Assembly: GCA_002327725.1 (NCBI GenBank)
Contig: DCXP01000006.1
Span: 19,480 to 83,479 of the forward strand
Length of the DNA: 64,000 bases
Direction: 5' to 3'
From: Proteobacteria bacterium UBA2133
GTDB taxonomy: Bacteria > Pseudomonadota > Gammaproteobacteria > Arenicellales > UBA868
Shown in pieces: positions 57,177 through 64,000 of the stretch; positions within the stretch are counted from its first letter, which is position 1; each line of letters opens with the position of its first letter. The translations under genes were made by a program, and so were the position numbers. A model generated the notes under the pieces. That model saw nothing but the letters and a program-made list of their open reading frames with translations. It was not told the DNA's origin and ran no database searches.

Positions 57177-58005
57177 GACCGTACTTTCTGATCTGGTGGA
57201 TCTCATTTTGGCGATAGGCAACGGACGGGAACTTCCGCCTGTTGCTGCTATGTACAAACCGCCACCCGCACGCCCTCCGGAGCGGCCCAAGAAATTCGGC
57301 GTAATTGTCCTCGATGACGATAGTTGCGGTTTTTTCTACGCCGGTCTCGATAATACCCTGTCGCAACTGGCCGCGTGTGATCCTCATCAGTTTACTGGCG
57401 CTGCGCCTCTGGATCTGGTCAGAAACTGTCTCGAGAGTGATCCACTGGCCAAGGCAGTCGGTCTGGGCGTGCTCAATGCGCTGAGCCAGCATCTGCTCAG
57501 CGTATCAGGCTTTCGCCTCGACCGTACCGGCGATCCGATGGGACACCTCGATCTCGCGGGGGCGCAACATGTGGGAATGGTCGGTTTTTTCCCACCGTTG
57601 GTGGCAGCCCTGGCGGATCACCCGGCGTCGCTGACGATCATCGAAAAAGACCCACAATTCCAGGATTGGCCGGGCCGGTTTCTGGTCACGGAAGAGACCC
57701 GCCGGATACAGGATTGCGACCGGGTATTGATCACCGGCTCCACCTTGATGAACGATACCCTAGACGACGTGCTCAGCCACTGTAACCCGGCTTCTCAAAT
57801 AGCGCTGGTCGGGCCGACCGCCTCCTGCCTGCCCGACCCTATATTCGAGCGCGGAATCGATGTCGTCGGCAGCGCCACGGTGTCGGACCTGCCCCTCCTG
57901 GTGGACCTGCTGCAGACCGGTGAGCCCTGGCGGGCGGGTACGGCGAAGTACTGTATCGCACGCAGTCAGTATCCGGGTATTCGCCAGCTGATGGCCGATT
58001 CCTGA
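57175..58005 (+). CDS. DUF364 / Rossmann-like domain protein (putative metal chelation)
   Basis: AVGLGVLNALSQ, VGMVGFFPPLV, LITGSTLMNDTLD, VGPTASCLPD. Confidence 0.85.
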   Translation: MTVLSDLVDLILAIGNGRELPPVAAMYKPPPARPPERPKKFGVIVLDDDSCGFFYAGLDNTLSQLAACDPHQFTGAAPLDLVRNCLESDPLAKAVGLGVLNALSQHLLSVSGFRLDRTGDPMGHLDLAGAQHVGMVGFFPPLVAALADHPASLTIIEKDPQFQDWPGRFLVTEETRRIQDCDRVLITGSTLMNDTLDDVLSHCNPASQIALVGPTASCLPDPIFERGIDVVGSATVSDLPLLVDLLQTGEPWRAGTAKYCIARSQYPGIRQLMADS

Positions 58006-58060
58006 CGGACTCGCCGGCTTCCCCGGCACCGGTGTCCGTTCGTCGCCGGGATATAATTCG

Positions 58061-58552
58061 GTGATGAGGTTTTCGTCGCTGTTGCACGCCGCGGTCGCGT
58101 TGCTGGGTTTATATGCCGCGCTGGCGCAGGCCGGCACGATCGACCCAGCGCGCGATCTGCAACAGGATGGAACCCAGGCGCGCAAAGAAAATCTGCCGAT
58201 CCTGCTTATCTATACCGCCGGGTATTGTCATTACTGTGACGAGGTGAAAACCGACGTCTTTAACCACATCGCCAGAGATCCTGCGCACCGGAAGCGTGTG
58301 CTGCTGCGGGAGGTGCGGGTCGACAGCAATATCCCGGTGGTGGGATTTGAAGGCGATACCACAGACCACCATGGCTTTTCGAAAAATCGCGGCATCATGA
58401 TCGTGCCGACACTTGAATTTCTGGACGATGCGGGACTGGAACTCAGCCGGCCGCTGGTCGGCGCCAGCATTCCGGACTTTTACGGCGCCTATGTTGACAG
58501 CGGCATTGCGCGGGCCATCCGGAATATCCGCGCGCGGCAGAATCCCTCATGA
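58061..58552 (+). CDS. Exported thioredoxin-fold protein (SoxW/SoxS-like)
   Basis: Signal peptide, YCHYC CxxC, IVPTLEFLD. Confidence 0.85.
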   Translation: MMRFSSLLHAAVALLGLYAALAQAGTIDPARDLQQDGTQARKENLPILLIYTAGYCHYCDEVKTDVFNHIARDPAHRKRVLLREVRVDSNIPVVGFEGDTTDHHGFSKNRGIMIVPTLEFLDDAGLELSRPLVGASIPDFYGAYVDSGIARAIRNIRARQNPS

Positions 58553-59040
58553 GCGAAGGCTTCACTGAGGCAGAACTGGAAGTCGGGCGGCAAAGCGTGC
58601 TGCCAGAATGGATCGACTACAACGGCCACATGAATGTCGCTTACTACGTATTGGCATTTGACCGTGGGGTGGATGAGTTCATGGACCAGATGGGTATCAC
58701 ACCCGAATATCTTGAGACCGAAAGGTCATCGACATTCACTCTCGAGATGCACATCAACTACCTGCAGGAACTGCACCTGGGTGAACCGATCCGCCTCACC
58801 TGTCAGTTACTCGATGCCGACAGTAAGCGGGTCCACTATTTCCTGCGCATGTTCCATGCCGAGGAGGGTTATCTCGCCGCAACCAGCGAACAGATGATGA
58901 TCCACGTCAGCCTCGAAAGCCGCCGCTCTTCGCCTTTCCCGCTGGAGGTCAGCAATGTTATTGACCAGATGATGGCGGCGCACAAGGCGCTGCCGTTTCC
59001 CGATCAGGCCGGGCAAAAGATGGCGATACGCCGGGCGTAA
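58549..59040 (+). CDS. Hotdog-fold thioesterase (4HBT/CdhB-like)
   Basis: EWIDYNGHMNVAYY, TFTLEMHINYLQE; ATGA overlap with the upstream gene. Confidence 0.88.
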   Translation: MSEGFTEAELEVGRQSVLPEWIDYNGHMNVAYYVLAFDRGVDEFMDQMGITPEYLETERSSTFTLEMHINYLQELHLGEPIRLTCQLLDADSKRVHYFLRMFHAEEGYLAATSEQMMIHVSLESRRSSPFPLEVSNVIDQMMAAHKALPFPDQAGQKMAIRRA

Positions 59041-59050
59041 TTGCTGGCGT

Positions 59051-59911
59051 TCAGCCCAGGCGCTCGATGATGCCGTCGAGTTCATCGAGCGAGCTGTAGA
59101 CGATCACCAGACGGCCCGATTTGCCGTCGCGCGACTCCAGCTGCACCGGCGCGGCGAGTTTTTCCGAGAGCGTTTCTTCAAGACGCTCGATATCGCGGTT
59201 TCGCCCTTTCTTGGATTTCTTCCCACCACCTTTTTCCGGTGGCTTGAGCATCCTCCGGACCAGTTCTTCGGTCTGGCGAACCGAAAGGCGGCGGCGCATC
59301 ACCGCTTGTGCCGCTATCCCCTGTTGATCTTTGGCGAGACCCAACAAGGCGCGCGCGTGGCCGGCTTCGATATGACCCGATTCGAGGTGTTCCCGCACGC
59401 CCGGGTCCAGCTTCAGCAGCCTGAGCAGATTGCTGATGGCAACCCGCGAGCGGCCGACCGCTTCGGCAGCCTGCTGGTGGGTCAGCCCAAACTCATCGAG
59501 CAGACGCTTAAGGCCAGCCGCCTCCTCGATGGGGTTGAGGTTTTCGCGCTGGATATTTTCGATGAGACCTACCGCCAGAGCCGCTTCGTCGGGAACACGC
59601 CGGACCACTGCCGGCACCTCCGTCAGACCGGCCAACTGCGCCGCACGCCAGCGGCGCTCACCCGCGATCAGTTCATAGCCGCCACCCGCGGTTTCGCGCA
59701 CCAGTAACGGCTGGACAATGCCCTGTGCCGAGATCGAGGCGGCCAGATCCTGCAGCGACTCCTCGTCCATACGGGTGCGCGGCTGGTAACGGCCTTTTCG
59801 AATCTGGCTCACTGGAAGCTGGCGCAGATCAGACTGGGCCGCATGGGTCACCGACGGCGTGCTGCCGAGCAGCGCGTCGAGCCCTTTCCCAAGTCTCGCT
59901 TTAGGACTCAC
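59051..59911 (-). CDS. parB: Chromosome partitioning protein ParB
   Basis: [44 protein letters not shown]. Confidence 0.97.
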   Translation of the reverse strand: MSPKARLGKGLDALLGSTPSVTHAAQSDLRQLPVSQIRKGRYQPRTRMDEESLQDLAASISAQGIVQPLLVRETAGGGYELIAGERRWRAAQLAGLTEVPAVVRRVPDEAALAVGLIENIQRENLNPIEEAAGLKRLLDEFGLTHQQAAEAVGRSRVAISNLLRLLKLDPGVREHLESGHIEAGHARALLGLAKDQQGIAAQAVMRRRLSVRQTEELVRRMLKPPEKGGGKKSKKGRNRDIERLEETLSEKLAAPVQLESRDGKSGRLVIVYSSLDELDGIIERLG

Positions 59912-60716
59912 GCGCTAATCCTGAAAGTGCGTCGCCGGTGACAGGGTCTACCGGTGGCCGTATGTTCTGAAGCATCTCCGTGGCGAACTGGCGATAGGCC
60001 AGTGCGCCCTGACAGTGCGGGTCATAGTCAATGACCGACTTACCGAAACTCGGTGCCTCGGCGAGGCGCACATTACGGGGAATCACGGCTTTGTAAACCA
60101 GGTTCGGATAATAGCGCCGAAGCTGGGCGGAGACTTCATGGGTCAGCGAATTGCGGCCGTCGAACATCGTGCGGATCAGTCCTTCAATGGTCAGTTCGGG
60201 GTTAATGCTGCCCTGCAGTCGGCGGATAGTATCATCCAAACCGCTCAGCCCCTCGAGCGCATAGTATTCACACTGGATGGGAATCAGCACCGACTGCGCC
60301 GCTACCAACGCGTTCAAGGTCAACACATTCAACGCCGGCGGGCAATCGATGAGCATCAGATCATAGTTTTTAACTGTGGCGAGTGCATGTTTGAGCCTAT
60401 GGTTGTCGCTGTCATCGCCCTGGAGCAACTCTGCCTGCGCTCCGGCGAGGCCGGCTTCGGCAGGCAGCACGTCAAAACCCGAATCGCTGGCAACGACTGC
60501 TTCACCGACGCTACTTTGACCCAGCAACACCTGGTACACGGTGTGCTGGAGGTGGTTGCGGTCGATGCCGCTTCCCACCGTGGCGTTGGCTTGCGGATCA
60601 AGGTCGATCAGCAATACCCGAAGGCCTTCATGCGCCAGCGCGGCGGCAAGATTGATGGCGGTAGTGGTTTTGCCGACACCGCCCTTCTGGTTGGTGACCG
60701 CGATGATCCTGGTCAA
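59901..60716 (-). CDS. parA: Chromosome partitioning ATPase ParA/Soj
   Basis: [52 protein letters not shown]. Confidence 0.97.
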   Translation of the reverse strand: MTRIIAVTNQKGGVGKTTTAINLAAALAHEGLRVLLIDLDPQANATVGSGIDRNHLQHTVYQVLLGQSSVGEAVVASDSGFDVLPAEAGLAGAQAELLQGDDSDNHRLKHALATVKNYDLMLIDCPPALNVLTLNALVAAQSVLIPIQCEYYALEGLSGLDDTIRRLQGSINPELTIEGLIRTMFDGRNSLTHEVSAQLRRYYPNLVYKAVIPRNVRLAEAPSFGKSVIDYDPHCQGALAYRQFATEMLQNIRPPVDPVTGDALSGLARES

Positions 60717-61369
60717 CTTTTGTTCTCCGAAGCTTTCGCCATAACAACGATATGTCTGCGGGCGGACAGTCCTGGGACCTCGACCGGGAAGACTCGGGCC
60801 ATTGCCCGCTGGCCTGGTGTGAGCGCCGCCAGTTCGTCCTCGGGATAAGCGCCCTTCATCGCGACCAGCCGCAGGTGCGGGTGATGCAGGTGACCGGTCA
60901 TTCTAAGCAGGTCTGCCAGCGTGGAAACCGCGCGCGATGCTAGCGTATCAAAATTTGTCGGCGGCCGGTAATCCTCAACCCGTCCGGCAATAACTGTGAC
61001 GTTTTTCGCTTTGCACCGGGTTTTGGCCTCGCGAAGAAAACTGGCTTTCTTGGCCCGGCTTTCGACCAGTATCCATTGTTGCTGGGGCTGGGTGAGTGCC
61101 AGCACCATGCCGGGGAAACCGGCACCGGAGCCGACATCCAGACAACGGTTCCCGGTGGCAAAAGGCACGATCGAGAGGCTGTCCAGCAGGTGATGGGTCA
61201 GCATTTTCGATTCTTCATCGACGGTGGTCAGGTTATGCACCTGGTTCCACTTGCGCAGCAGGGCCATATAATCAAGCAGTCGCTCGCAGGACCTCTGGCT
61301 TAATTCGAGACCGAACTGCCGCGCACCTTCTGCAAGCCGCGAGAGGGAGGAGCGCGAGGCCTGCGCCAT
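60713..61369 (-). CDS. rsmG: 16S rRNA m7G527 methyltransferase
   Basis: [35 protein letters not shown]. Confidence 0.96.
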   Translation of the reverse strand: MAQASRSSLSRLAEGARQFGLELSQRSCERLLDYMALLRKWNQVHNLTTVDEESKMLTHHLLDSLSIVPFATGNRCLDVGSGAGFPGMVLALTQPQQQWILVESRAKKASFLREAKTRCKAKNVTVIAGRVEDYRPPTNFDTLASRAVSTLADLLRMTGHLHHPHLRLVAMKGAYPEDELAALTPGQRAMARVFPVEVPGLSARRHIVVMAKASENKS

Positions 61370-61377
61370 GGAATTAC

Positions 61378-63267
61378 TCAGGCTGCTGAGCGCAACTGCT
61401 GCCTTTTCAGGTGCACCAGAAGCAGCGAGATCGCAGCGGGTGTCACTCCGGAAAGCCGTGTCGCCTGGCCGACGGTCGCCGGCTGGTGCTCTATGAAGAT
61501 CTGGCGGACCTCGTTCGAAAGCCCCCGCACCTGCCGGTAATCCATTTCCTTCTGGATAACTGTCTCCTCGTGTCTGCGCTGGCGGGCAATCTCATCGCGC
61601 TGGCGGTCGATATACCCCGCATAACGGGTCTCGATTTCCAGTTGTTCGATCACCGCGGGATCGGTAACGCCCTTGTTGTCTGAGGCACTGAGGCCAATCA
61701 AGTCCTGATAGCGTACTTGTGGCCTGCGCAGCAAATCAGCAAGGCATTGTTCACGACTGAGTTCCTGGCCGAGCACATCCCTGGCCTTCTCGGTCGTAAT
61801 CGTCTCAGGCCGGACCCAGGTCTGGCGCAGGCGGGCGCGTTCCCGCTCCAGCAGATCGCGCTTTTCGGCAAAGACTTTCCAGCGTACTTCGTCGACCAGT
61901 CCGAGGGTGCGGCCCGTTTCGGTCAGACGCAAATCTGCGTTGTCCTCGCGCAGTTGCAGCCGGTACTCGGCGCGGGAGGTAAACATCCGGTAGGGTTCTG
62001 TGACGCCGCGGGTGGTCAGGTCGTCGATCATGACCCCGATATACGCCTCATCACGACGCGGCCGCCAGGGCAGCTCACCCCGACTTCGCCTCGCCGCATT
62101 GAGGCCGGCAACGAGCCCCTGGCCCGCCGCTTCTTCGTAGCCGGTTGTGCCGTTGATCTGCCCCGCGAAAAAAAGTCCCGACAGGGCCCGCGTTTCGAGC
62201 CCTGGCAGAAGGTCACGGGGATCGAAAAAATCGTACTCAATGGCATAGCCTGGCCGGGTAATCCGGGCGTTTTCAAACCCTCGAATACTGCGCACCATCT
62301 CCCACTGGATATCAAAAGGCAGGCTGGTGGAAAGACCGTTGGGGTAGATCTCATGCACATTCAAACCTTCCGGCTCGACGAATATCTGGTGGGAGTCCCG
62401 ATCAGCAAAGCGAACGATTTTGTCCTCAACCGATGGGCAGTACCTCGGCCCGACGCCCTCGATCTCGCCGCCGTAGAGCGCAGAGCGACTGAGCCCGGCA
62501 CGAATGATCTCGTGGGTTTTTTCGTTGGTTTTGGCAATGTGGCAGCAGACCTGCCGTGGGTGATCGCTCGCCTTGGCTAGAAAGGAGAAACTCGGCACTG
62601 GATCGTCGCCCGGCTGCAACTCCAGCACGGAAAAGTCGATCGTTCGCCCGTCGATTCGCGGCGGCGTGCCGGTCTTCAGGCGTCCGCTGCGCGGACAGAG
62701 TTCCCGCAGGCGATCGGCGAGTACTGTCGCCGGGGCATCTCCCGCGCGGCCGCCGGGTTCGCTGCGATGACCCACATGAATCCGGCCATTGAGGAAGGTT
62801 CCGGTCGTCAGCACCACGGCGCGGGACGAAACACGGATTCCCCCGGCGGTAACGATCCCAGCCACCTCATCGCCCTCCACCAGCAGATCCTCAACGGCCT
62901 GCTGCAGCACGACCGGCCCAGATTCTGCTTCGACGCTTGTACGGATTGCCTCACGATACAGGGCCCGATCCGCCTGTGCCCGCGTAGCACGAACTGCCGG
63001 TCCCTTACGGGCGTTGAGTCGACGGAACTGGATACCTGCCCGATCTGCAGCCGCGCCCATGACTCCGCCGAGGGCATCAATCTCTTTGACGATATGGCCT
63101 TTACCGATACCGCCGATGGCGGGATTACAGGACATCTCGCCGACCGTTTCGATGGTGTGCGTCACCAACAGCGTCTTGGCGCCGCTTCGCGACGCCGCCA
63201 ACGCAGCCTCGGTGCCGGCATGGCCGCCGCCGATCACAATCACATCAAATGCTTCGGGATACTGCAT
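61378..63267 (-). CDS. mnmG: tRNA uridine 5-carboxymethylaminomethyl modification enzyme (GidA)
   Basis: [60 protein letters not shown]; ATG 63267. Confidence 0.98.
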   Translation of the reverse strand: MQYPEAFDVIVIGGGHAGTEAALAASRSGAKTLLVTHTIETVGEMSCNPAIGGIGKGHIVKEIDALGGVMGAAADRAGIQFRRLNARKGPAVRATRAQADRALYREAIRTSVEAESGPVVLQQAVEDLLVEGDEVAGIVTAGGIRVSSRAVVLTTGTFLNGRIHVGHRSEPGGRAGDAPATVLADRLRELCPRSGRLKTGTPPRIDGRTIDFSVLELQPGDDPVPSFSFLAKASDHPRQVCCHIAKTNEKTHEIIRAGLSRSALYGGEIEGVGPRYCPSVEDKIVRFADRDSHQIFVEPEGLNVHEIYPNGLSTSLPFDIQWEMVRSIRGFENARITRPGYAIEYDFFDPRDLLPGLETRALSGLFFAGQINGTTGYEEAAGQGLVAGLNAARRSRGELPWRPRRDEAYIGVMIDDLTTRGVTEPYRMFTSRAEYRLQLREDNADLRLTETGRTLGLVDEVRWKVFAEKRDLLERERARLRQTWVRPETITTEKARDVLGQELSREQCLADLLRRPQVRYQDLIGLSASDNKGVTDPAVIEQLEIETRYAGYIDRQRDEIARQRRHEETVIQKEMDYRQVRGLSNEVRQIFIEHQPATVGQATRLSGVTPAAISLLLVHLKRQQLRSAA

Positions 63268-63289
63268 CGTGGGGAAACCGATCGGTCGA

Positions 63290-64000
63290 TCAGTTCTGGT
63301 AGTAGTAGTCGTAGCGGTTGTGAATCTTGCTGGCGAAACTCCACGCTTCTCCATGGGTGAGCGAATTATCATCCGGAATCACCTTGATAAAAAGCTTGTC
63401 CCCATGCCGAGCTTTCAGCGCTGTCAGTTGCTGATGCAGTTCTGATTCGCTGACCGAGGTTTCTATGCCCGACGGCGGGCGCAGCGAGTAGCGGCGCAGA
63501 TCTCCCTCTTTCCAGAAACGCACCTTAACCACGAATCGACCTACGGTACTGCGGGCCGGCCGAACCAGACGGTTGTATTCGCTCTCGAGATCGGAGTGGC
63601 GTTCTCTCAGGATATCGAGTTCTTCTTTATGAGCGGAGACAAGCAGCTCACGCTCTTTTGCGAACGCCGCCACTTCGTCCGCGTACTCGGCCCGAAGATA
63701 GGCCAGCTCCTCTTTGGTCAGTTTGTACTCAAGGGCGGTCTCGGCCAGACGAGCCGTCAGCTCCTCGCCCACGAGCTGGCTTTCCTCAAGCGCACGTTCG
63801 GTGCTGACGGTCGAGCGCACCAGGCCCGCCATTTCGTCGCGCAGGGCGCTGACCTCGGCCCTGAGTGATCCTCGGGTCACTTCGAGTGAACTGACCTGAT
63901 CAGCGAGGGCGTCACGCTCGCGCAGCAAGGCATCGCGCGCGTTGGTCACAGCTGCCTGGCCCTGTCTCTGCGCTTCGTATGCCATGATCAGCCTGTTCTG
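63290..64000 (-). CDS. Long coiled-coil protein with globular C-terminal domain (5' truncated by window)
   Basis: Frame open to base 64000; heptad-rich E/L/A/R segment, then [20 protein letters not shown]...GEAWSF...YDYYYQN. Confidence 0.75.
   Translation of the reverse strand, partial: QNRLIMAYEAQRQGQAAVTNARDALLRERDALADQVSSLEVTRGSLRAEVSALRDEMAGLVRSTVSTERALEESQLVGEELTARLAETALEYKLTKEELAYLRAEYADEVAAFAKERELLVSAHKEELDILRERHSDLESEYNRLVRPARSTVGRFVVKVRFWKEGDLRRYSLRPPSGIETSVSESELHQQLTALKARHGDKLFIKVIPDDNSLTHGEAWSFASKIHNRYDYYYQN

Noticed and set aside
63300-63316. GTAGTAGTAGTCGTAGC microsatellite upstream of mnmG
   Set aside because: It simply encodes the RYDYYY end of the upstream protein on the minus strand; too short to imply phase variation.

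Overview
This 64-kb window is a gene-dense, GC-rich chromosomal segment, most likely from a gammaproteobacterium (inferred from gmk-rpoZ-spoT-ridA-recG-ubiA and mnmG-rsmG-parA-parB synteny); two Na+/H+ antiporter systems suggest a saline habitat. It is mostly housekeeping: the 3' part of a type-2-like ileS, metK, an SAH riboswitch with ahcY, pepN, thyA-folA-uvrD, the spoT/recG cluster, yicC, a Ser/Thr kinase, a FadR-type regulator with a likely autoregulatory operator, a 10-gene Mrp-like antiporter operon in Mbh/Mbs-like gene order, tdk, Moco genes, gpmA, rph/rdgB, hemW/hemJ, trmL and the mnmG-parB operon. I saw no rRNA, tRNA, CRISPR array, transposase or integrase. The least explained parts are: (1) a tandem array of three paralogous Trp/Cys-rich lipoprotein-domain genes (32.7-34.6 kb), the middle copy N-terminally broken; (2) an adjacent operon encoding a PHP-like/methyltransferase fusion, a GT4 and a GlpD-like oxidoreductase (34.9-39.2 kb); (3) a VWA / Pam18-like J-domain (HPD changed to HTD) / minimal PBP gene run leading into thyA; (4) small ORFs missed by the ORF track (46 aa in the Moco operon, 26 aa upstream of DUF465); and (5) a probable CTG start for hemW. 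All family assignments come from motif recognition by eye; no database search was run.
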